The translations under genes were made by a program, and so were the position numbers. From the NCBI GenBank assembly GCA_021203685.1, contig JAJQAS010000223.1, positions 7,207 to 56,971 on the forward strand: a stretch of 49,765 bases of DNA. The letters run 5' to 3'. Within the stretch, counting starts at the first letter, position 1. The number at the start of each line of letters is the position of its first letter. Below the pieces are notes generated by a model. The model was not told the DNA's origin. It was given only the letters and a program-made list of their open reading frames with translations, and did no database searches. Of this stretch, positions 21,485-29,673 are shown piece by piece. The stretch is from Clostridiales bacterium (GTDB lineage Bacteria; Bacillota; Clostridia; Oscillospirales; Oscillospiraceae).

Positions 21485-23248
21485 TTAGACCAGGTCCGGG
21501 TATTGGGACCGCTTGAAGTCCAGGGCGGCGGCAACGATGCGCTGGCGCAGGCTGTCGGTCAGCACCTGGCCGCTTTCCAGCTCCCGAATAATATCCCGCT
21601 GCTCAGCGGCAAAATAATCCAGCATGGAGCTGCGGAAGGAGCGCAGCTTGTTCACGGGGATGTTCAGCATGACACGGGCCGTCACAGTCACCAGCGAAAT
21701 CACCTGCTCCGGCATGGAAAGGGGCTGACACAGGCTCTGCTTGAGCAGCTCCATCACCCCCGCGCCGTAGGCCAGCTGCTCTCTGGTGCCCTCGTCCAGG
21801 TCGGAGGAGAACTGGGTGAATACTTCCATTTCCCGATACTGAGCCAGGTCGATGCGGATGGAACCGGCGGCGGACTTCATTGCCTTGCTCTGGGCCGCGC
21901 CGCCCACACGGGAGACGGAGAGGCCCACGTTGACGGCGGGCCGCTGGCCGGAGAAGAACAGGTCGCTCTCCAGGAAAATCTGGCCGTCGGTGATGGAAAT
22001 GACGTTGGTGGGGATATAGGCGGAAACGTCCCCCGCCTGGGTCTCGATGATGGGCAGGGCGGTGATGGAACCGCCGCCCAGCTTGTCGCTGAGCCGGGCC
22101 GAACGTTCCAGCAGCCGGGAGTGGAGATAGAATACGTCGCCGGGGTAGGCTTCCCGGCCGGGGCTGCGCTCCAGCAGCAGCGACAGGGCGCGGTAGGCCA
22201 CCGCGTGTTTAGAAAGGTCGTCGTAGACGATGAGCACGTCCCGGCCCCGGTACATGAAATACTCGCCCAGGGCAGTGCCGGAGTAGGGGGCGATGTACTG
22301 GAGGGGGGCGGCGTCGCTGGCGGTGGCGTTGACTACGATGGTGTAGTCCAGCGCCTGGTATTTTTTCAGGGTGGTGACGATTTTCGCCACGGCGCTGGCC
22401 TTCTGGCCCACCGCCACGTAGATGCACACCACGTCCTTGCCCTTCTGGTTCAGGATGGCGTCGATGGCAATGGAGGTCTTGCCGGTCTGCCGGTCTCCAA
22501 TGATCAGCTCCCGCTGGCCCCGGCCAATGGGGAACATGGAATCGATGGCCAAAATCCCCGTCTCCAGGGGGACGCCGACGCTGCGCCGGTCCACGATGGA
22601 AGGGGCGGGGCTTTCGATGGGGCGGTAGCCCGCGGCCCGGATGGGGCCGCCGCCGTCGATGGGCGCGCCCAGCGCGTCCACCACCCGACCCAGGAACTCG
22701 TCCCCCACAGGGATGCCCGCCATTCTGCCGGTGCGCATGACCCGGCTGCCCTGGTGGATGTCCGCGCCGTTGCTGAACAGGATGCAGCCAATTTCCTCCC
22801 GGCGGATGTCCTGGACCATGCCCTTGTCGCCGGAATCGAATTGGATAATTTCGCCATACATGGCGTGGTCGATGCCTTCGACGGTTGCAATGCCGTCGCC
22901 CACATACCGGACGACGCCCACCTCCTGGTTTTTGGCCTCCAGGTCGAAGTCAGTGACCTCCGCCTTCAGGAGGGGAATGATGTCCTCCAGGCTGCCAACG
23001 GCCTGCACCGCCTTGAGCCGCTCCCGGAGCTGGGCCACCCGGCCCTGGGCCGACCAGTCGTATTCGTCCGCCCCGGCCTGGAGCTTGAAGCCGCTGACCA
23101 GGCTTTTGTCCTCCCGGAGGGTCAGCTCTACCTGCTGGCAGTCATATTTTTTCTGCAAAAAGGCGCGGATGCCCTCCAGCTGTTGGGGACTGGGCGCTGT
23201 GACATAAGACAAAACCGCCTGGAGGGGTCCCCTGGTTTTATCAGTCAT
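21485..23248 (-). CDS. atpA: ATP synthase F1 alpha subunit with N-terminal delta(C-terminal domain)-like extension
   Basis: VGDGIA, GRGQRELIIGDRQTGKT, PGREAYPGDVFYLHSRLLER, GLSVSRVG; about 85 extra N-terminal residues resembling the delta C-terminal domain. Confidence 0.96.
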   Translation of the reverse strand: MTDKTRGPLQAVLSYVTAPSPQQLEGIRAFLQKKYDCQQVELTLREDKSLVSGFKLQAGADEYDWSAQGRVAQLRERLKAVQAVGSLEDIIPLLKAEVTDFDLEAKNQEVGVVRYVGDGIATVEGIDHAMYGEIIQFDSGDKGMVQDIRREEIGCILFSNGADIHQGSRVMRTGRMAGIPVGDEFLGRVVDALGAPIDGGGPIRAAGYRPIESPAPSIVDRRSVGVPLETGILAIDSMFPIGRGQRELIIGDRQTGKTSIAIDAILNQKGKDVVCIYVAVGQKASAVAKIVTTLKKYQALDYTIVVNATASDAAPLQYIAPYSGTALGEYFMYRGRDVLIVYDDLSKHAVAYRALSLLLERSPGREAYPGDVFYLHSRLLERSARLSDKLGGGSITALPIIETQAGDVSAYIPTNVISITDGQIFLESDLFFSGQRPAVNVGLSVSRVGGAAQSKAMKSAAGSIRIDLAQYREMEVFTQFSSDLDEGTREQLAYGAGVMELLKQSLCQPLSMPEQVISLVTVTARVMLNIPVNKLRSFRSSMLDYFAAEQRDIIRELESGQVLTDSLRQRIVAAALDFKRSQYPDLV

Positions 23249-23723
23249 CGTCTTCCGCCGCCTTCTTCAAAAACTCATCGTACAGGTCGCTGTCGTGCCC
23301 GGCGTTGGCGTAGGCCACCTTAGCGGTGGCCGCCACCACGATCTCGGTGATCTCCCCCTGGGCCTTTTGCAGGATGTCCCGCTTCCTGGCCCTGGCCTGG
23401 GCCTCGGCACTCTCGACGATGCCCTGGGCGGTGGTGTTGGCGTCGGCCACGATGCGGTTATACTCCTGGGTGGCCTGCTGCTGGGCCTCCTGGAGGATGC
23501 GCTTCCGCTCCTCTTCCACGTCATTCAGGGAGTCGCTGTGCTGCTGCTCCAGGGCCAGGGCCTGGGCTTTGGCCGCCTCGGCGTCCGCCAGGCTCTGGTC
23601 CACCAGGGCCTGGCGCTGCTCTAAAATCTTGTGGACGGGTTTGAAGAGAAATTTCTGCATCAAAAGATAGAGGACGACCAGGTTGATGGCTGTCCATAAC
23701 AGCCCGATATCGACTCGAAGCAA
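23241..23723 (-). CDS. atpF: ATP synthase Fo b subunit
   Basis: N-terminal TM (INLVVLYLLM..FLFKPV..IL..RQ) followed by a coiled coil; TTG start after AGGAGG. Confidence 0.92.
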   Translation of the reverse strand: MLRVDIGLLWTAINLVVLYLLMQKFLFKPVHKILEQRQALVDQSLADAEAAKAQALALEQQHSDSLNDVEEERKRILQEAQQQATQEYNRIVADANTTAQGIVESAEAQARARKRDILQKAQGEITEIVVAATAKVAYANAGHDSDLYDEFLKKAAEDDD

Positions 23724-23741
23724 TGTGGTTTCCTCCTTTTT

Positions 23742-23916
23742 ATAGCTCTTAGCTTTTAGCTATTAGCCATTCGCTTTGTGGTTCTTTGTTTTGAGCTCTG
23801 CGCTTACCATTTGTATTGCTTTACAAACGGATGGTTTTGCGCTCCGCTTTCTTTTTTGCTGTTACTTTAGATTAGCAGTACCTGACTAACAGCTAACAGC
23901 TAATGGCTAACAGCTC
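23742..23916 (-). repeat. Heptamer-bounded intergenic cassette, copy 1 (atpE-atpF)
   Basis: (TTAGCNN)x5, ~110-bp core, (GCTAANN)x4; near-identical to 24168-24344. Confidence 0.92.
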
Positions 23917-23925
23917 AATTCTCCG

Positions 23926-24147
23926 TCACAGCAGCAGAATGATGAGCAGCGCGATGACGAAGCCATAGATAGCGGTGGCCTCGGCCAGGGCGCAGCCCAA
24001 AATCAGGGAAGACTGAATCTTGCCGCTGGCCTCCGGCTGGCGGGCGATGGCATCCATGGCGTGGGCGGTGGCCAGACCGATGCCCACACCGGCGCCCAGA
24101 CCGCACAGGACCGCGATGGCGGCGCCGATTGCTTGTAAAGTACCCAT
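23926..24147 (-). CDS. atpE: ATP synthase Fo c subunit
   Basis: GLGAGVGIG glycine zipper, ARQPE loop, ALAEATAIY conserved carboxylate; RBS AAAGGAG. Confidence 0.96.
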   Translation of the reverse strand: MGTLQAIGAAIAVLCGLGAGVGIGLATAHAMDAIARQPEASGKIQSSLILGCALAEATAIYGFVIALLIILLL

Positions 24148-24167
24148 TTTTATTCGCTCCTTTGTTT

Positions 24168-24344
24168 TTAGCTCTTAGCTCTTAGCTTTTAGCTATTAGC
24201 TATTAGTTTTGTGGTTCTTTGTTTAAGCTCTGCGCTTACCATTTGTATTGCTTTACAAACGGATGGTTTGGCGCTCCGCTTTCTTTTTCGCTGTTGCTTT
24301 AGATTAGCAGTACCTGGCTAACAGCTAACGGCTAATAGCTAACC
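24168..24344 (-). repeat. Heptamer-bounded intergenic cassette, copy 2 (atpB-atpE)
   Basis: (TTAGCNN)x6, ~110-bp core, (GCTAANN)x4; near-identical to 23742-23916. Confidence 0.92.
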
Positions 24345-24346
24345 GT

Positions 24347-25024
24347 TCACTCCAACGCTTCTTTGATGTACATACTCGTTAAAAACACAAACACATAGGC
24401 CTGCAAAATCCCGTCGAAGAAGTCAAAATAAAGGCTGAACACCATCGGTACCACAGCCGGCACCAGGGCCTCGATCAGCTCCATGATGACGAAAGCCCCC
24501 AGCACGTTGCCAAACAGACGCATACACAGGGACAGAGGCCGGGTGACCAGGTCCAGAATGTTGAACGGCGTGACGATTGCCACCGGCTGGGTGAACCCAT
24601 GCAGCCAGCCGTGGACCCCTTTTTCCCGGACAGAGGCCACCTGCACCAACACGATGCTGAAAATAGCCAGGCACAGGGGGACGTTCAGCTCCTTGGTGGG
24701 GGGCTTGAAGCCAAAAATGCCGAAAATGTTGGCCAGGCTGATATACAGCAGGATGGTCACCAGATAGGGCACATACCGCCGGCCCTTTTCGCCCACCATG
24801 CTCTCCACCAGGCCCTCCAGTTTGAGGACGGCAAATTCCACCGCTGCCTGCCGTTTGGAGATGTGGTCCACCTGCAAGTTCCGGGTGAGCAGGGCGGAGA
24901 GGACCACCAGCACCGCCATGACCACCCAGGTGACCACTACCCCCTCGGAAAAGGCCAGGGGGCCGATGGAAAACACCGTCTCGCATTGCATTTCTTCGAT
25001 AATCGTTTCCGCCAGATTTCCCAC
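24347..25024 (-). CDS. atpB: ATP synthase Fo a subunit
   Basis: PPT..LN, RPLSLCMRLFGN (essential Arg), LQAYVFVFLT; GTG start after AAGGAAG. Confidence 0.95.
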   Translation of the reverse strand: MGNLAETIIEEMQCETVFSIGPLAFSEGVVVTWVVMAVLVVLSALLTRNLQVDHISKRQAAVEFAVLKLEGLVESMVGEKGRRYVPYLVTILLYISLANIFGIFGFKPPTKELNVPLCLAIFSIVLVQVASVREKGVHGWLHGFTQPVAIVTPFNILDLVTRPLSLCMRLFGNVLGAFVIMELIEALVPAVVPMVFSLYFDFFDGILQAYVFVFLTSMYIKEALE

Positions 25025-25366
25025 GTTGTTTCACTTCCTTTCCGTGCGTATCCGCTGAGCGGACAGCTGTTTGCCGGCCACACAACGTTCACGCCTGCGC
25101 TACTGTGTATTTTAGCATTTTGCCGGGGCAAATTCCAGTGCAAAACCAACAGTTTTCATCCCTGGAAAACCGGTTTATTGTGGATTTCTGCACAAAGAGA
25201 GGGATGAGTGGGGTTTAATTGCCGATGAAAAACCAGAAGATAAATCCAACATCGCACTCTCTGCATTGGGAGGGGCTGTTTTCTGCCCTGACCGCCAAAT
25301 TTCCATTTGCACTTTTCCCCCGGCTGCTGTATACTGTCCCTATCACCCGGAAAAGAGGCAAACCAG

Positions 25367-26146
25367 ATGCAGCTGCACATTCTCGCCGTGGGGGACGTGG
25401 TCTCCCGGTCCGGCGTCTCCTGTCTCCGCCGCCAGCTCCCGGGTCTCCGACGGCTCCACGGGGTCCACTTCACGGTGGTCAACGGGGAAAACGCCGCCGG
25501 AGTGGGGCTGACGGCGGAGGACGGGGAGGACATTTTCTCCGCCGGGGCGGATGTCATCACCCTGGGCAACCACACCTGGAGCAAAATGAAGATCACCCGT
25601 TTCCTGGAGGACAACCGCTACATCCTTCGGCCGGCCAACTTCCCCCAGCGGCTTCCGGGCCGGGGCTGGGGGGTCTATGAGGGGCCGATGGGTCTGCGTA
25701 TTGGAGTGGTGAATCTTATCGGCAGGGTGGAGATGGACCCCAATGTGGACAACCCCTTCACCGTGGCGGACAGCCTGCTGCCAAAGATGGAGGCGGACGT
25801 GGTGCTGGTGGATTTCCACGCCGAGGCCACCAGCGAGAAGCTGGCCATGGGGTGGTACCTGGACGGGCGGGCGGCCGCCCTCTGGGGCACCCACACCCAT
25901 GTCCCCACCGCCGACTGCCGGGTGCTGCCCAAAGGCACCGGCTACGTGACGGACTTAGGCATGACCGGTCCCCGGGACTCGGTCATCGGCATCCAGCCGC
26001 AAATTTCCATCAATAAGTTCCTGGGCGGGCTGCCCCGCCGGTACGAACCAGCCCCCGGCCCCTGCCAGCTCAACGCCGTGCTTTTTACGGTGGACAGCGA
26101 GACCCACGCCTGCGTCAGTGTGGAACGGGTGGATGTTTGGAATTAG
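25367..26146 (+). CDS. ymdB: YmdB/TIGR00282 family metallophosphoesterase
   Basis: GDVV, VNGENAAG, TLGNH.W, RPANFP, DFHAEATSEK, GTHTHVPTAD, TDLGMTG. Confidence 0.93.
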   Translation: MQLHILAVGDVVSRSGVSCLRRQLPGLRRLHGVHFTVVNGENAAGVGLTAEDGEDIFSAGADVITLGNHTWSKMKITRFLEDNRYILRPANFPQRLPGRGWGVYEGPMGLRIGVVNLIGRVEMDPNVDNPFTVADSLLPKMEADVVLVDFHAEATSEKLAMGWYLDGRAAALWGTHTHVPTADCRVLPKGTGYVTDLGMTGPRDSVIGIQPQISINKFLGGLPRRYEPAPGPCQLNAVLFTVDSETHACVSVERVDVWN

Positions 26147-26175
26147 AAATTAGCAATGTTCAATGAGCAATTATG
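26141..26175 (+). repeat. Heptamer array at and after the ymdB stop codon
   Basis: AATTAGA-AATTAGC-AATGTTC-AATGAGC-AATTATG. Confidence 0.6.
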
Positions 26176-26225
26176 AGTATCCCTTTGCATTGGCTTTGAA
26201 AGGCTCCTGGACAAATGGCAATTTT

Positions 26226-26295
26226 TGTAGGGGCGGCCCTTGTCCGCCCGCAGATTTGATGTTCCCTTTTCGGGTGGCCGAGGGCCGCCCCTACA
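26226..26295. repeat. GTAG-type REP doublet (inverted pair)
   Basis: TGTAGGGGCGGCCCT...CCGCCCG, spacer, CGGGTGG...AGGGCCGCCCCTACA. Confidence 0.7.
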
Positions 26296-26331
26296 GGATG
26301 TGTGTATAAAAAGTGAGGGTAAAAGAGAACT

Positions 26332-26955
26332 ATGCGTCAACAAATTCCTGAAAACCAGACCGGCGAGGACGCCGTGCCCAGCCCTGGCTGGCGGAAAGAT
26401 GTCTATGACTGGCTGCAAACGTTGGCCATTGTCCTGGTGTTCATCACGGTCTTCTTCACTTTTTTTGGCATGATTTTCGGCGTGTCCGGGTCCTCCATGT
26501 ACCCCACCCTCCATGACGGCGACGCCATGCTCATTCAGCGCATTGGGTATACCCCCAGGCAGGGGGACATCGTGGTGCTGAAAAAGGACGGATTTCCCTA
26601 TGCGGATGACTCCGAGGCCATCGTCAAGCGGGTCATCGCCGTGGCGGGGCAGGAGGTGGAGATCGACTATGACTCCAATACCATCTACGTGGACGGCGTC
26701 GCTCTGGAGGAGGACTACCTGAACTTCGCCAACGAAGGAGTGGAGCAGTACGGGGATGACTACATGGTGGAGCGAGACGGCATGGTGTACAGCAGCTTCC
26801 AGGTGCCGGAGGGCTGCATCTTCGTCATGGGCGACAACCGCAACGGCTCCACCGACAGCCGCTACGCCGCCCTGGGCATGGTGGACACCCGCTATGTGCT
26901 GGGCAAGGCGGTATGCGTCTTTTTCCCCTTTTCAGATGCAAGGTGGCTGAGTTGA
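26332..26955 (+). CDS. lepB: Signal peptidase I
   Basis: N-terminal TM, VSGSSMYPTL (catalytic Ser), IVKRVIA (Lys), FVMGDNRNGSTDSR. Confidence 0.95.
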   Translation: MRQQIPENQTGEDAVPSPGWRKDVYDWLQTLAIVLVFITVFFTFFGMIFGVSGSSMYPTLHDGDAMLIQRIGYTPRQGDIVVLKKDGFPYADDSEAIVKRVIAVAGQEVEIDYDSNTIYVDGVALEEDYLNFANEGVEQYGDDYMVERDGMVYSSFQVPEGCIFVMGDNRNGSTDSRYAALGMVDTRYVLGKAVCVFFPFSDARWLS

Positions 26956-26971
26956 AAGCCTACCTACACAG

Positions 26972-27024
26972 AGCAAACCACCCCGCCTGCGGCTCCTGCA
27001 AAGCCGTGGGCGGGGTGGTTTGCC
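26972..27024 (+). terminator. Strong hairpin after lepB (possible terminator)
   Basis: GCAAACCACCCCGCC / GGCGGGGTGGTTTGC stem; weak U-tail. Confidence 0.5.
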
Positions 27025-27095
27025 ATTCTGCTGCTCAAAGCAATATTTGGGCGAAGAAACATTCTTCCTTCCGCCCAAAATTCTTCTCAACCCCC

Positions 27096-27134
27096 TTGAC
27101 AGCGCTTTCTTGATATGATATCTTTTTGATATCA
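27096..27134 (+). promoter_or_regulatory. SigmaA promoter overlapped by palindromic operator TGATATC-N5-GATATCA
   Basis: TTGACA (27096-27101), 17 bp, TATCTT; palindrome at 27116-27134 covers the -10. Confidence 0.65.
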
Positions 27135-27156
27135 CAAAGATATGGAGGCATCCGCC

Positions 27157-28158
27157 ATGGAAGAAAAAATTCTGACGACCCGCAAGCTGGGCATGCCCGT
27201 TTTGCTGGGCAATATCCTGCTGCTTTTTGCCCTCGCCGTACTTTTTGTAGCAGCTCTCCTTATCGAAAATGGTTTGCTGGTGTTCCTGTCCATTTTCCTG
27301 CTGTGCGTGAGCTGGATCCCCCTCCTGGGCCTGAAGATCCTCAAGCCCCAGGAGGCGCTGGTGCTGACCCTGTTCGGTAAGTACATCGGCACCCTGAAAG
27401 GGGAGGGGTTCTATTGGGTCAACCCCTTCTGCTCGGCGGTGAATCCCGCAGCCTTCACCAAGCTGAGCCAGAGCGGGGACGTGAAGAGCCTCTTCAAAAA
27501 GGCCGCTGACGGGGAGGCGGACAGCGCGCCCGGCGATTCCAACGGCAAGCGTATTTCCCTGAAAATCATGACCCTGAACAACTCCCGGCAGAAAATCAAC
27601 GACTGCCTGGGCAACCCGGTGGAAATCGGCATCGCCGTGACCTGGCGGGTGGTGGATACCGCCAAAGCGGTGTTCAACGTGGACAACTACAAGGAGTTTC
27701 TCTCCCTGCAATGCGACAGCGCCCTGCGGAACATCGTCCGGCTGTATCCCTACGACGTGGCCCCCAACGTGGACACCACCGGCGACGGCGTCCCAGACGA
27801 GGGCAGTCTCTGGGGGTCCAGCGAGGTGGTGGCCCAACGCATCCGGGAGGAGATTCAGCAGCGGGTCAACGAGGCGGGCATTGAGGTCGTGGAGGCCCGC
27901 ATCACCTACCTGGCCTACGCCCAGGAGATCGCCGCCGTCATGCTCCAGCGGCAACAGGCGTCGGCCATCATCGACGCCCGGAAGATGATCGTGGACGGCG
28001 CGGTGGGCATGGTGGAAATGGCCCTGGAGCGGCTCAACGAGAACGACGTGGTGCAGCTGGACGAGGAGCGGAAAGCGGCCATGGTGTCCAATCTGCTGGT
28101 GGTGCTCTGCGGCAACCGGGATGCCCAGCCCATCGTCAACTCCGGCAGCCTCTATTGA
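27157..28158 (+). CDS. SPFH/band 7 domain membrane protein
   Basis: Two N-terminal TMs, [54 protein letters not shown]; RBS GGAGG. Confidence 0.9.
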   Translation: MEEKILTTRKLGMPVLLGNILLLFALAVLFVAALLIENGLLVFLSIFLLCVSWIPLLGLKILKPQEALVLTLFGKYIGTLKGEGFYWVNPFCSAVNPAAFTKLSQSGDVKSLFKKAADGEADSAPGDSNGKRISLKIMTLNNSRQKINDCLGNPVEIGIAVTWRVVDTAKAVFNVDNYKEFLSLQCDSALRNIVRLYPYDVAPNVDTTGDGVPDEGSLWGSSEVVAQRIREEIQQRVNEAGIEVVEARITYLAYAQEIAAVMLQRQQASAIIDARKMIVDGAVGMVEMALERLNENDVVQLDEERKAAMVSNLLVVLCGNRDAQPIVNSGSLY

Positions 28159-28161
28159 CCT

Positions 28162-28380
28162 ATGGCAGAACCCAAGAAACAGGTTCCCCTCCGGCTCTCC
28201 CCCAAGCTCTACAACGCCATCGCCGCTTGGGCGGAAGACGACTTCCGCTCGGTGAACGGGCAAATCGAGTACCTGCTGACGGAATGTGTTAAGCAGCGCA
28301 TCAAAAACGGCCAGTATGTCCCGAAAGAGTTGGATCCGCCTCTGGAGCTGGATTTTTTGAAGGAACCCAAGAAGAAATAA
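28162..28380 (+). CDS. Arc-like ribbon-helix-helix DNA-binding protein
   Basis: [31 protein letters not shown]; starts 3 bp after the SPFH stop. Confidence 0.8.
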   Translation: MAEPKKQVPLRLSPKLYNAIAAWAEDDFRSVNGQIEYLLTECVKQRIKNGQYVPKELDPPLELDFLKEPKKK

Positions 28381-28396
28381 CAAACGAAGCCAAAAG

Positions 28397-28428
28397 AAAC
28401 CCCCGTTGCCTGAAAAGCAGCGGGGGTT
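28397..28428 (-). terminator. Terminator between the convergent RHH gene and serA
   Basis: AACCCCCGTTGC / GCAGCGGGGGTT stem with an A-rich left flank. Confidence 0.55.
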
Positions 28429-28488
28429 GGCGTTCATTGGACAAACTCGTGGCAGCGAAGCTGCCGGCTAAGAGCTAATGGCTAAAAA

Positions 28489-29655
28489 TTACTGCAGTGC
28501 CCGCACGCGAATGACGTTGGGCAGGCTGGCGATGGTGTTCAGCATGGACTCGCTGACCCGGGTGTCCAGGTCCACCACGGTGTAGGCCATTTCCTTCCGG
28601 GACTTGTTGACCATGTTCTCGATGTTCATCCCGGCGGCGGAGAAGGAGGACATAATGGCGGTCAGGATGGTGGGCACGTTCCGGTGGATGACGCACACCC
28701 GGCACAGGCCGCTCCGGGCCAGCGTCACCTGGGGCATATTGACCGAGTTGATGATGATGCCGTTCTCCAGGTAATCTTTCAGCTGCTGGGCGGCCATAAT
28801 GGCGCAGTTCTCCTCGCTCTCCGGAGTGGAAGCGCCCAGGTGAGGGGTGCCGATGACGTTTTTGCAGGCCATCAGCTGGTTGTCCGGGAAGTCGGTGACG
28901 TACTTTGCCACGTGGCCGGACTCCAGCCCGGCAATGACCGCGTCGTTGTTCACCAGGCCGCCCCGAGCCAGGTTGATGAGCCGGACGCCGCCCTTCATCT
29001 TGGAGATGGCCTCCGCGTCGATGGTGTTGGCGGTCTCCTTGTTGTAGGGGATGTGGATGGTGATATAGTCGCTGTTGCGGTAGATCACGTCCAGGTCGGT
29101 GGTGTGCTTCACATGGATGTCCAGCCCCAGAGCCGCGTCAACGGAGAGGAAGGGGTCGTAGCCGATGACCTTCATGCCCAGGGCGATGCAGGCGTTGGCT
29201 ACCTTCACGCCGATGGCCCCCAGGCCGATGATGCCCAGGGTCTTGCCCGCCAGCTCCGGCCCGGCGAAGGCGGATTTGCCCTTTTCCACCACGGTGGTCA
29301 CGTCCACCCCAGCGGCTACCTGCTCCCTGACCCAGTCCGCGCCGCCCATGATGTCCCGGCTGCTGTAGAGCATGGAGGCGATGACCAGTTCCTTCACGGC
29401 GTTGGCGTTGGCGCCGGGGGTGTTGAAGACTACGATGCCCGCCTTGTTGCAGCGGTCGATGGGGATGTTGTTGGTGCCGGCACCGGCGCGGGCGATTGCC
29501 AGCAGCTCCGGGGGGAAATCCATCCCGTGGAGCTTGGCGGAGCGGACGATGGCCCCCTCGTACTGCTCAAACTCGTCGGAGATTTGATACCGCTCCTTGG
29601 ACAGCTGGTTGAGGCCCGCAGCGGCGATTTTGTTCATTGTTTTGATGCGATACAT
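28489..29655 (-). CDS. serA: D-3-phosphoglycerate dehydrogenase with C-terminal ACT domain
   Basis: IARAGAGTNNI, FNTPGANANAVKEL, GIIGLGAIG, INLARG, TPHLGAST.ESEENCA, H.N.P ACT domain; downstream of serC. Confidence 0.92.
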   Translation of the reverse strand: MYRIKTMNKIAAAGLNQLSKERYQISDEFEQYEGAIVRSAKLHGMDFPPELLAIARAGAGTNNIPIDRCNKAGIVVFNTPGANANAVKELVIASMLYSSRDIMGGADWVREQVAAGVDVTTVVEKGKSAFAGPELAGKTLGIIGLGAIGVKVANACIALGMKVIGYDPFLSVDAALGLDIHVKHTTDLDVIYRNSDYITIHIPYNKETANTIDAEAISKMKGGVRLINLARGGLVNNDAVIAGLESGHVAKYVTDFPDNQLMACKNVIGTPHLGASTPESEENCAIMAAQQLKDYLENGIIINSVNMPQVTLARSGLCRVCVIHRNVPTILTAIMSSFSAAGMNIENMVNKSRKEMAYTVVDLDTRVSESMLNTIASLPNVIRVRALQ

Positions 29656-29673
29656 GACGGTTCCTCCCAACTA

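Noticed and set aside
23742-24344. CRISPR array or composite transposon interpretation of the atpE-flanking repeats
   Set aside because: Only two ~175-bp copies, no repeat-spacer periodicity, no cas or transposase gene, and no target-site duplication seen
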